Notes: generated by a model from the letters alone, not told the origin. Positions 19,819 to 29,131 are shown, counted from the stretch's first letter. The stretch: 64,000 nucleotides of DNA from Granulicella sp. (GCA_027339965.1 DAHWNL010000078.1:1-64000); one strand, 5' to 3'. Translations and numbers: made by a program.

Positions 19819-21081
19819 ATGCGCTTTGAACTTTTTGTCGCAGCCCGCTACCTCCGTGCCCGCCGGCGCCAAGCCGTAGCAGGGCTGGTGACTGTGATCT
19901 CCGTGGTCGGAGTGGCGGCCGGGGTGGGTGCCCTGATCATCGCGCTGTCTATCACCAACGGGATGCGGCGCGACATGCAACGGCAGTTGGTGGGCGTCAC
20001 GGCCCATGTACAGTTGATGAGCGCCGCCGGCGACGGAATCCATCATTGGCGAGCGCTGATGGCCAGTCTGGCTCGGGTTCCTCATGTGGTGGCTGTGGCC
20101 CCGGGGCTGTATGGGCAAGTGCTCATCTCGCGCGGAGCTCGCAGCGGCGGAGCGCTGATCAAGGGCATCTTGCCGCGAAACGAACGTCGAGTGGGAAACC
20201 TGCTCCAGATGATTCACGAAGGATCGGCGGCCGATCTGGCGCCGGCTCGCAACCCCGGCGCCACTCAGAGTCAACTGGCGCCGCCGATCGTCATCGGCGA
20301 TGAACTGGCTGAGACGTTGGGCGCCGGCTTGGGCGACACCGTGTTGGTCACCTCGCCGCAGGGCGAACTTACTCCGCTGGGGCTGGTTCCCCGCTACCAG
20401 AGGTTTCGCGTGGTGGGCATCTTCTCCTCCGGTTTCTACCAGTATGACTCCAGCTACGCCCTCATGCGCCTGGCGGATGCGCAGCGGCTGTTTTCCGAGC
20501 CTGACCTGATCAGCGTTCTGAGCTTCAAGATCGACGACCTCTATCAGGCTATCCCGGTGAGCAAGGCCATCGAAGAGAAGGCGCAAAAAGAGCGTGGCCC
20601 AGGCTTTCAAACCACGAACTGGATCGAGCAGAACCGCGAACTGTTCCGCGCCATGAAGCTGGAACAGGATGTAACCTTCATCGTGCTGGCCCTGATCGTT
20701 GTCGTCGCCGCTCTGAATATTCTGATCGCGCTGACGATGATGGTGATGGAGAAGACGCGGGACATCGCCGTGATGATGGGTTTTGGGGTTACGACGGAGC
20801 AGGTGCGGAAGATCTTTCTGCTGCAGGGCCTGCTGATCTCAGGGGTAGGCACTCTGCTGGGACTTGGCTTGGGTTATGGGATCAGCCTGCTGGGATCCCA
20901 CTACCGGTTCATTCATCTGGACGCAAGTGTATACTCAATCGACTATCTGCCCTTTGCCCCACGACTGGCGGATGGTCTTGTGGTTGCATCGGTGAGCATC
21001 GGCATGAGTCTGCTGGCGACGCTGTACCCCTCGAGTTCGGCAGCCGGCGTTCTGCCGGCTGAGGCGCTGCGATACGAGTAG
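19819..21081 (+). CDS. Lipoprotein-releasing ABC transporter permease (LolC/LolE family)
   Basis: FELFVAARYLRA, ISVVGVAAGV, VAALNI...VMEKTRDIAV and LATLYPS..A..V.PAEALRYE motifs. Confidence 0.92.
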   Translation: MRFELFVAARYLRARRRQAVAGLVTVISVVGVAAGVGALIIALSITNGMRRDMQRQLVGVTAHVQLMSAAGDGIHHWRALMASLARVPHVVAVAPGLYGQVLISRGARSGGALIKGILPRNERRVGNLLQMIHEGSAADLAPARNPGATQSQLAPPIVIGDELAETLGAGLGDTVLVTSPQGELTPLGLVPRYQRFRVVGIFSSGFYQYDSSYALMRLADAQRLFSEPDLISVLSFKIDDLYQAIPVSKAIEEKAQKERGPGFQTTNWIEQNRELFRAMKLEQDVTFIVLALIVVVAALNILIALTMMVMEKTRDIAVMMGFGVTTEQVRKIFLLQGLLISGVGTLLGLGLGYGISLLGSHYRFIHLDASVYSIDYLPFAPRLADGLVVASVSIGMSLLATLYPSSSAAGVLPAEALRYE

Positions 21082-21542
21082 AATTACGCCGGGTGACGAA
21101 CCACAATAGAGCGACAAGCAGAGCAACTTCAGGATGAAAGGAAGAGTTTGTCTCTGACAGAGAGCTTCATCCCGGATTGCCACTTCTCTTGCAACTAGCC
21201 GCGTAAGGTTGGTCGGCAGGGATGAGGAATTCCTTACGGCGCCGGGCTGCTGGTGAGTTGGGAGTTGGATGGGCAGTTCGGGTTCAACCAGCCCATTGAC
21301 GACAAATTGAAGGTTGAGCGCCACAGTAAGAATGCCCAATTTCCCTTGCTCATCTGTCGCATCCGTGGCTCTGCTTCCCCGTCGCAGGCTCCCTTTTCTC
21401 TTGGCACCAAGGTATCTTGGCCTTCCCATTCTGTCTGCGTAGGACTATACTTTCGACGGAATCGTGATTCCAAAAGGAGGTTCTCGCTAACAGGAGATCC
21501 CCGGAACTACAAGCAAGTCCATGCCGTGCGCTCTCGTGGATT

Positions 21543-21558
21543 TGTGACGGGCGTCGCA
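21543..21558. promoter_or_regulatory. CRP/FNR-family-like operator
   Basis: TGTGA-CGGGCG-TCGCA, a 9/10 match to TGTGA-N6-TCACA, in the 1 kb non-coding region upstream of the cyc2-like gene. Confidence 0.3.
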
Positions 21559-21899
21559 TCTTAGGTTTTCAGCCTTGGTCTATGATCACAACAAGTGAGT
21601 GGGCGATGCCTGTCCCTGAGATCAAGATCTTGGCTGCACTCATTGCCACTCTACCCAAGCATCCCCTGCGGACGCCGAAGATTCCGGGTACGGGAGGAGC
21701 TGATCTTGCGGGTATCCTTGAGCGCCAAGTGCAAAATAAAATGTGGCTCCGACAGGAGACGTCGAAAATTAACCGGCGGCTGTGGGTTGTACGAGTAAGA
21801 AACCTGGCAGTCCTGACCAGTGGAGAAGATTTACGGGAATGAATGCTGCCATCCGCGCCGCAGTCTGGGCGAATTTTTCCAGCGAGGTACAGGCCCGAG

Positions 21900-21933
21900 G
21901 AGGGTACCATGGGGACGAGGGTACCATGGGGAC
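21900..21933. repeat. Perfect 17-bp tandem duplication
   Basis: GAGGGTACCATGGGGAC x2. Confidence 0.9.
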
Positions 21934-22156
21934 TCGGATCTGATCGAGGGCAATCACAAACAACCTGGGCCGCGCACAGTGACGGCCTGATGCAACGTGG
22001 CGAATGCCGTCACAATCCCGCCGTTGGGATTCCCTGCGCCCTTCGCTGCAACGTTCCGGCGCTCAATCAAGCTCCCGGGACAGTTCCTAAGCATCGTCGG
22101 CAGTATCTTCCGGCGTTGGCTTTCGTGAAGACTTTACTCGATTGGAGAGGATGAAT

Positions 22157-23476
22157 ATGCGGAAAGTTCTGAGTCTTTTTGCCATTGCGTGCTTCCTGTT
22201 TGGCATTCCCTATGCCCACGCAGTCCCGAGTTTCGCGCGGCAGACAGGCCTTTCCTGCAATGTATGCCACACCCAACCACCGGAGCTGACGGCCTTTGGT
22301 CGGAACTTCAAGCTGAAAGGTTATGTGCTGACCGACATGACCGCGAAAGACAAGGTCGGTAACTCTAAGGATTTACTGCTGTCGAGGTTTATTCCGCTTG
22401 CCGCGATGGTGATCCTATCTGATACAGCCGACCAGGTAGCGCAGCCGGGGACCCAGAACAATACTGTGGAGTTTCCTCAGCAGTTGAGTATCTTTCTTGC
22501 AGGAGCGTACGCTGCGAATTTTGGGTCACTGATCTCGGCCTCCTATTCACATCAGAGTAACCATTTCAACTTGACCAATTCTGACTTACGCTACGCGAAT
22601 CAAGGTAAGCTGGACGGTAAGGACTGGTGGTACGGGATCACCTTGAACAATAGCCCGACCGTGGAAGATGTCTGGAATAGCACGCCTGTCTGGGGATATC
22701 CCTATATCAACAGCACCTCCGCACTCTCGCCGCTCGCAGCGCCGATAATCAACGGCGCTCTGGCCCAGGATGTTGCGGGGCTTGGCGGTTACAGCATGTG
22801 GGACAACCACTTTTACACCGCAGTCACCCTTTATCGGTCAGAACATGCCGGCGGCCCCGTGCCGATCACTGGAAAGACATTCGCGAACAACATCAGCGGC
22901 GTGGCACCTTACTGGCGAGCTGCATGGCAGCAGACTTTTGGCGACACCTATCTGGAAGTTGGCACCTATGGAATCGTCGTGGATGCCTTTCCCAATGCGA
23001 TCAGCGGACCGGAAAACCGGTACGTAGATCCTTCTATCGATTTCCAATTAGAGCATCCATTTGGTGCGAATCTGCTGGATGCGCACGGAAGATATACGCA
23101 CGAATCATCCAATCTCGCAGCGTCCTTTGCGACAGGCGCAGCAAGCCAGAAATCCAACTACTTGAACGCATGGGAACTGGACAGCACGTATCACTGGAGA
23201 TATAAGTACACCGCTACCGGATCCATTTTCTCCACGACGGGAAATACGGACCCGCTGCTGTATGCTCCGGCACCGGTGACGGGAAGCAATAATGGAAACC
23301 CGGACACATATGGATATGTGGCCCAATTCGGCTACTGGCCAGTACAGAATATTGAACTTACAGCAGAATATACGGGATATACAAAATTCAACGGCGCCAG
23401 TAGTAATTATGACGGCGCGAAGCGAAATGCCTCCGACAACAACAGTTTGTATCTGGGTATGTGGCTGAACTTCTAA
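22157..23476 (+). CDS. cyc2: Cyc2-like fused monoheme cytochrome c / outer-membrane porin
   Basis: Signal peptide ending AHA, then VPSFARQTGLSCNVCHTQPPELTAFGRNFKLKGY (the Cyc2 AxPxFARQ..CxxCH..P.L..FGR.FK..GY signature). The beta-barrel-like body ends in YLGMWLNF with the terminal Phe typical of OMPs. GGAGAGG RBS; alternative start 22151. Confidence 0.85.
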   Translation: MRKVLSLFAIACFLFGIPYAHAVPSFARQTGLSCNVCHTQPPELTAFGRNFKLKGYVLTDMTAKDKVGNSKDLLLSRFIPLAAMVILSDTADQVAQPGTQNNTVEFPQQLSIFLAGAYAANFGSLISASYSHQSNHFNLTNSDLRYANQGKLDGKDWWYGITLNNSPTVEDVWNSTPVWGYPYINSTSALSPLAAPIINGALAQDVAGLGGYSMWDNHFYTAVTLYRSEHAGGPVPITGKTFANNISGVAPYWRAAWQQTFGDTYLEVGTYGIVVDAFPNAISGPENRYVDPSIDFQLEHPFGANLLDAHGRYTHESSNLAASFATGAASQKSNYLNAWELDSTYHWRYKYTATGSIFSTTGNTDPLLYAPAPVTGSNNGNPDTYGYVAQFGYWPVQNIELTAEYTGYTKFNGASSNYDGAKRNASDNNSLYLGMWLNF

Positions 23477-23871
23477 AAGAGAGCGGCATTCAAAACTCCG
23501 AAGTGACGAGAGACAGATAAAACGGAAGTGTTTCGGAATACGACGAGGACGGGGTCGCAGAGCATCTGAATTCAGCTGAGGTTTTGTGGCGATTTATTGG
23601 GAGGCTCGATTTTTCGCATCTGCGATGAGCCGGCAGCTTGCGTTGCTGCTGGAGGCGACGGTCGGGAACGATCCACTCCATGCTCGATCGTGTCCATCGG
23701 GCGCGAATCCGGCTGGCGCGAGTCCGGCAGGATACCTGCCGCTCCGCTTCGCTCAACAACACCGGGCGCTTCCTCCGCACCATGGAAGAAGCTGAAACCT
23801 ACTATCTGCCTCACCCGTAAGTCCTTCGCTTGAGGCCGTACCTATTGATGCAACCAGTTCTAGGAGACGAC

Positions 23872-24429
23872 GTGGAACAGGAAAGACATACGGAGATCGT
23901 CGCTGGCAACAGAGATGTGATCGTCATCAACCGGCGTTCCTTTTTTGGCACGTTGGTAGCCATCGGTTCGGCAGGTATGGGGGCATTTCTCGCGATACCT
24001 GTCTTGCGCTATGTTCTTTACCCGCTTTACGCCAAAGCGGCGGGCACGCAGTGGTCGGACGTGGGCGACATGTCCGAGTTCACCGCAGACAAAGCTCCAG
24101 TACGCAAGACCATCACTTTTGCCCAGCGCGATGGCTGGCGGGAGGTGGTATCCGCTCAGTCGGTCTATGTGACACGGAACGCCGCGGGTCAGTTGGAGGT
24201 GCTGTCCTCCATTTGTCCCCACCTGGGCTGTAGCGTCTCCTGGCAAAAGGCGCAGAACGACTTTTTGTGTCCGTGTCACGGAAGCGTATTCGAGCCTGAC
24301 GGAAAATATGTTTCCGGGCCGGCCCCGCGCGGCATGGATCCACTGCCGATCCGGACAAAGAACGGCAAACTACAGGTTCGCTTTGAGTATTTCCGGTCAA
24401 ACGTTCCGAATCAAGAAAAGTTAAGCTAG
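23872..24429 (+). CDS. Rieske [2Fe-2S] subunit of a cytochrome bc-type complex
   Basis: NRRSFFG Tat motif plus TM helix; CPHLGC and CPCHGS boxes; GPAPRGM. AGGAG RBS before GTG 23872. Confidence 0.93.
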   Translation: MEQERHTEIVAGNRDVIVINRRSFFGTLVAIGSAGMGAFLAIPVLRYVLYPLYAKAAGTQWSDVGDMSEFTADKAPVRKTITFAQRDGWREVVSAQSVYVTRNAAGQLEVLSSICPHLGCSVSWQKAQNDFLCPCHGSVFEPDGKYVSGPAPRGMDPLPIRTKNGKLQVRFEYFRSNVPNQEKLS

Positions 24430-24448
24430 CTGCGATGAGGGTATAAGA

Positions 24449-27181
24449 GTGGACCATAGAGAGAAAGCAGAGACTGGTTCATCGGCGAGCGGGAGCCTTC
24501 CCCGGCGCATATTTCACTGGCTCGACCGGCGCGCGGGCGTAGACCAACTGATGAAGGTTTCGCTCGACGAGCCGATTCCGGGCGGCGCAAGGTTTGCCTA
24601 CGTCTTCGGCTCGGGGCTGCTGTTTATCTTTATTTCGCAGATCATTACCGGCATCTGCCTGGCGCTTTACTATGTGCCTTCGGCGGAGACAGCCCATACC
24701 AGCGTCGCTTACATTACCAAGCAGGTTGCGGCGGGTTCTTTCTTGCGCAGCCTGCATTACTACGGCGCCAGCGCGATGATTATCGTCCTGGGGCTGCACT
24801 TTCTGCAAACATTCCTTTACGGATCATTCAAGGGCCGCCGCGAATTGCTCTGGATCTCCGGGGCGACGCTTTCTCTCTTAGTGCTGGGTATGGGCTTTAC
24901 GGGTTATCTGCTTCCATGGGACCAGAGAGCCTATTTCGCCACCGCGGTGGGAACAAATATTGTTGGAGAGATTCCGTGGATCGGCGCATGGCTTACAAGG
25001 CTGATGCGGGGCGGCGATACCATCGGCACGCTTACCTTGTCGCGCTTTTATGTGGCGCATGTCTTTCTGATCCCGGCGACGATCTTTGCGTTCATCAGCA
25101 TTCACATCTTTCTCTTCCGCAAGGCTGGCGCAGCCGGCCCCATCGAACAGCAGCCCCTCGGACCCGAGTTGCCTCCCGAAAGCTTCTATCCACGCCAGGT
25201 CCTGATGGACATGGCTTTCGCCTTGCTGATCATGGTGGGCCTTGGATTTCTGGCTTATGGCCATCCGGTTCCTCTCGGCCCCATTGCGAATCCGGCCGAC
25301 ACCCATTTTCTGCCTCGGCCAGAGTGGTATTACCTTCCCATGTTCGAGTGGCTCAAGTTCTGGGAAGGTCCGAAGGTAGTATTTGCGGTGGTGATTACTC
25401 CGGCTGTGCTTGCGGCGTTGTTCTTCCTGTTGCCGTTTCTCGATCGCAGTCTGGAGCGGAGACCATGGCGCCGGCCCATTCCGGTGCTGGCCGTGGCCGT
25501 TGTCCTTCTGGGAACTGTCTTTTTGGGAGTAAAGAGCACCGTAGATGACCGTAAAGATCCAACGGTCGCCACGCAACTGGCTTTGCAGGCGCAGGAGGAA
25601 AAAGAATACACAGCCGCGCCCTTCCGTCCGTACATCGAGTCGCCCGGGAGCACCGGTCCGCTTGCCCTTCCGATTGGCCCGGTGAATCCGCTGGTGTCGC
25701 AAGGCAAAGGTGTCTTTCAGGCGCAAGGATGCTCGGGTTGCCACGGCGATGTTGGCCTGGGCACCACTGTTGCGCCAAGCCTGAAGGGGATTACGACCAA
25801 GTTCACTCCGGAGCAGTTAACTGATCTGGTGCACAACCCGAATGCCGCGATGCGGGCCGGCCACATGCCTGCTTTTGATCTCTCCTCAACCGACATGACA
25901 GCTCTGCTGGCGTACCTGGGAGTGATTGGGACCAGTGAGGCGAATGTGCAGGCCTCTTCCGGCGCCTCGCTGCAGCCGACCGTCGCAAGCGTGAGTACGG
26001 CAAGCGCGCCGGCTGCTGTAGCAGGCGCTCCGTCCGAAGCTGCGCCGGGGCCGGCCCCGGCGCCGTCCCAGCGAACCGCCGCCGCGATTGCGGGCCAACA
26101 ACTGTTCCAGCAGCACGCCTGTTTTGCCTGTCACGGACCCGCCGGACAAGGCGGACGAGCGCCCGCGCTGGCTCCTCTGATTGCGCATCTTTCCGATGCG
26201 CAACTGGCGCAACTGCTGCAAAACCCGAATAGCACCATGAGAGCGGGAGGGATGCCCCCGTTTACTGGCACAGCGCAGCAGCTCAGCATGCTGCTGGCTT
26301 ATTTGCGCACGCTGCATTCGCCGGCACCAGCGCAGCCGCCCAGCGTTGCCCAGCCGTCCAGCGTTGCCCAAACCGCAGCCCAGGGGGGCGGAATTCCGTA
26401 TCCGGAGATGGGTCCCCCGGAGGTGACGGCGGCGAAAGCAGCGCCGGCTACCGCCCAAGCGTCTGCCTCGGTCGCGGCCCCGGCAGCGGCCAGTTCGCCG
26501 GTCGCTACAGTTTCAGCCCCGGCAGCGCTGCCAAGTCCTGGGCGCTCTCTGTTTCTGTCTGAGGGATGCTCGGCGTGCCATGGACCTCTGGCGCAAGGAA
26601 CTGCGTTTGCTCCATCGCTGGTGGGAATTACGAAAAAGATTCCGCGGACCCAGATACCTGCACTCCTGCGCCACCCGAATGCACAGATGCGCGCCGGGGG
26701 TATGCCGACGTTCGACCTGACAGACACACAGATGCAACAGCTTGTGAGCTATCTGTCCAGCCTGAAGCCGGCGGCAGCTACGGCTCCTTCGGCAGCTACG
26801 GCGCCGCGCACGGCGGCGGGCGTGCCTCCTGTCTCCCAACAAGCAACGGCTTCGGGAGCCGCTGGCGCTGCGCGGGCAGAAGCCGCTTCTGCTCCCCCGC
26901 CCCCACCGCTGAGCCCGTTAGCAAAACAGGGAGAAAAGATATTCCAGCGTCTCAACTGCGAAACTTGCCACGGGGTTGGCGGATTGACTGGAACCGTCGC
27001 TGCTCCACCTTTGGCGGGAACCGCCTCGCTTCTACCCGCCAGCGTGCTGGAGAATCTGTTGCGGCACCACTCGACGCGGATGCAACAAGGCGGTATGCCG
27101 CTCACCAATCTGAACCCGCCAGACATGAAGGCTCTGGTGGCCTATATCCGATCCATGCCTTCGACGCCGGAGACACGATGA
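24449..27181 (+). CDS. Cytochrome b (b6 + subunit IV type) fused to four monoheme cytochrome c domains
   Basis: Heme b His pairs (SLHYYG..GLHF; AHVF..SIH), TGYLLPWDQ and PEWY motifs. These are followed by CSGCH, CFACH, CSACH and CETCH, each with a downstream G(G/H)MP distal ligand, separated by Ala/Pro-rich linkers. Confidence 0.92.
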   Translation: MDHREKAETGSSASGSLPRRIFHWLDRRAGVDQLMKVSLDEPIPGGARFAYVFGSGLLFIFISQIITGICLALYYVPSAETAHTSVAYITKQVAAGSFLRSLHYYGASAMIIVLGLHFLQTFLYGSFKGRRELLWISGATLSLLVLGMGFTGYLLPWDQRAYFATAVGTNIVGEIPWIGAWLTRLMRGGDTIGTLTLSRFYVAHVFLIPATIFAFISIHIFLFRKAGAAGPIEQQPLGPELPPESFYPRQVLMDMAFALLIMVGLGFLAYGHPVPLGPIANPADTHFLPRPEWYYLPMFEWLKFWEGPKVVFAVVITPAVLAALFFLLPFLDRSLERRPWRRPIPVLAVAVVLLGTVFLGVKSTVDDRKDPTVATQLALQAQEEKEYTAAPFRPYIESPGSTGPLALPIGPVNPLVSQGKGVFQAQGCSGCHGDVGLGTTVAPSLKGITTKFTPEQLTDLVHNPNAAMRAGHMPAFDLSSTDMTALLAYLGVIGTSEANVQASSGASLQPTVASVSTASAPAAVAGAPSEAAPGPAPAPSQRTAAAIAGQQLFQQHACFACHGPAGQGGRAPALAPLIAHLSDAQLAQLLQNPNSTMRAGGMPPFTGTAQQLSMLLAYLRTLHSPAPAQPPSVAQPSSVAQTAAQGGGIPYPEMGPPEVTAAKAAPATAQASASVAAPAAASSPVATVSAPAALPSPGRSLFLSEGCSACHGPLAQGTAFAPSLVGITKKIPRTQIPALLRHPNAQMRAGGMPTFDLTDTQMQQLVSYLSSLKPAAATAPSAATAPRTAAGVPPVSQQATASGAAGAARAEAASAPPPPPLSPLAKQGEKIFQRLNCETCHGVGGLTGTVAAPPLAGTASLLPASVLENLLRHHSTRMQQGGMPLTNLNPPDMKALVAYIRSMPSTPETR

Positions 27182-27330
27182 CCGGAGGATTGGAAGCCAA
27201 GTACGACAGCGACCTTCAGCCGGTCTGAGACTGGCTTCATCCATCATGGTTGCCCGGATGCCTTGATGCCACATGGACCGCCCGTTGCAACCATTTTGCA
27301 GAACCCCTGCTTTGACCATGATCGACTTAC

Positions 27331-27360
27331 GCGCCCGCAGCCAGCGGGCGCTTTTTCTTT
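27331..27360 (+). terminator. Rho-independent terminator after the cytochrome cluster
   Basis: GCGCCCGC-AGCCA-GCGGGCGC followed by TTTTTCTTT. Confidence 0.8.
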
Positions 27361-27731
27361 CTAACGATGCGGGAAGGCCGAATCGAAGCCGCATGGCGGC
27401 GGATGAACCGAAGAATTTCGGTTGAAGTTTCGATGCCGGCGATTGCCAGGTCTTTGAAGATGTTGGAGAGCAATGGGTTGAGGACGGGACAACCGTGGGA
27501 AGTGTTTTGACTGTTTGGACGCTTCTCTGGCGGGGATCGATGCAGCGGAGAGGTCTGGCAAGAGACGGAAGAAGGAGGGACCGGAGGCAGCCTTGAAGCT
27601 TCGCGCAGCGGATGGATGGAGAGAGAGGGGATAATATAGCAACATTCGGAGCTACCTCCAGGCAGGCCAGGAATTCCTGTTAACGGGCAAATCCGGAGAT
27701 ATGGAGATTTTGTTGGAGGAAGAAGACCAGG

Positions 27732-28286
27732 ATGAGACTGCGTTATCCCAAACTAGCGCCAGACGGGTATCAGGCTCTGCTAAGCCTGGGGAGATATCTC
27801 GCCCATCAGACGGCGCTGGAGCCGGTGCTGCTTGAGATGGTGTACCTGCGCTCGTCGCAACTCAATGGCTGCCAGTTCTGCATTGGGATGCACTCGGAGG
27901 AGCTGCGCAAACTAGGCGAGATGGAAGATCGGATCGACGCCCTGAACGATTGGCGTGGGTCCGATGAGTTTACGCCGCGGGAGCGCGCAGCGCTCTCCTG
28001 GGCTGAAGCGGTGACTGATGTGAATGCCTCCCATGTCTCCGACGAGGAATACGCCGCGGCCAAGGAGTTTTTTCCGGACAAGGACCTGGTCGACCTGACC
28101 TACGCCATTGCAGCCATCAACGCCTGGAACCGGCTCGGTATCGCCTTTCGGGCTGAATGGTTATCGGCGGGACAAGCGTCCGGCCGTACGATGGCACCCT
28201 TTCGCTCCTCTGAGCCCCAGCCCATGGAGAGCGAAGCCGGCCCTGCCGAGGCGAGGGAGACTGACGAGTGGACGGCGAGCGAATGA
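27732..28286 (+). CDS. Carboxymuconolactone decarboxylase / AhpD-like protein
   Basis: LRSSQLNGCQFCIGMH (CxxC), RERAAL.WAE..T and IN.WNR motifs. GGAGG RBS. Confidence 0.9.
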   Translation: MRLRYPKLAPDGYQALLSLGRYLAHQTALEPVLLEMVYLRSSQLNGCQFCIGMHSEELRKLGEMEDRIDALNDWRGSDEFTPRERAALSWAEAVTDVNASHVSDEEYAAAKEFFPDKDLVDLTYAIAAINAWNRLGIAFRAEWLSAGQASGRTMAPFRSSEPQPMESEAGPAEARETDEWTASE

Positions 28287-29131
28287 GACGTCCCCCTCTT
28301 CCACCGCGGCAGGACGTTTCCGGACCTGACACTGGCCGACGGGGAGAGGCTGGGCCGGAGCCTCCCAGCCGACCAGCAGGCACAGGGCAAGGCGCCGCTA
28401 TCCTGCGCGCGCTGGGGTTGGAGAAGACCTATCCGCCGCAGCGGTCTGGAACGAACGGTGTGCGGCTGTTCCAGAATCTGTCGCTTGAGGTCTACACCGG
28501 TGAGATGGTCGCCGTGGTGGGAGAGAGTGGCGCTGGGAAAAGTTCTCTCTTGCACCTGCTGGCTGCGCTGGACGCTCCCACCGCCGGCGAGGTCTGGTGC
28601 GGAGAGATTGACGTTACCGGGCTTAACCCACGGCAAGCCGCCGTCTATCGCAATCGGGAGATCGGCTACGTGTGGCAATTTCATTATCTTCTGCCCGAGT
28701 TTACGGCCTTGGAGAATGTGGCCATGCCGCTGCTGGCGCGAGGAGATTCCCCTGCCTCCGCACGACGCCGGGCGGAGCAATGGCTGGCGAAGGTAGGGCT
28801 GCCGGACCGCGCCGGACATCGATCCGGCGAATTGTCCGGCGGAGAGCAGCAGCGGTTATCGATCGCGCGCGCACTGATCACTTCGCCCCGCCTTCTACTG
28901 GCCGACGAGCCCACCGGCGATCTGGATGGAACCACCGCGGAAGCGGTCTTCACCCTGTTGCAGCAGTTATGCCGGCAGCGGCAAGGCGCGGATGCCATGG
29001 CCAGCTTGCTGGTAACCCACAATCTTGAGTTTGCCGCCCGCTGCGACCGGGTGTTGCGCTTGCGGGACGGATGGCTGGAGCCGTGGGAGTCCCGTGCTGC
29101 CAGCAAGAGTCAGGAAGCAGAGCCAGCCTGA
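28283..29131 (+). CDS. lolD: Lipoprotein-releasing ABC transporter ATP-binding protein
   Basis: GESGAGKS Walker A, QFHYLLPEFTALENV (LolD motif), LSGGEQQR and ADEPTG. ATGA overlap with the upstream stop codon. Confidence 0.88.
   Translation: MRRPPLPPRQDVSGPDTGRRGEAGPEPPSRPAGTGQGAAILRALGLEKTYPPQRSGTNGVRLFQNLSLEVYTGEMVAVVGESGAGKSSLLHLLAALDAPTAGEVWCGEIDVTGLNPRQAAVYRNREIGYVWQFHYLLPEFTALENVAMPLLARGDSPASARRRAEQWLAKVGLPDRAGHRSGELSGGEQQRLSIARALITSPRLLLADEPTGDLDGTTAEAVFTLLQQLCRQRQGADAMASLLVTHNLEFAARCDRVLRLRDGWLEPWESRAASKSQEAEPA

Noticed and set aside
27312..27325. FNR-like TTGAC-N4-ATCGA
   Set aside because: Only an 8/10 match, and it lies immediately before a terminator rather than at an evident promoter.
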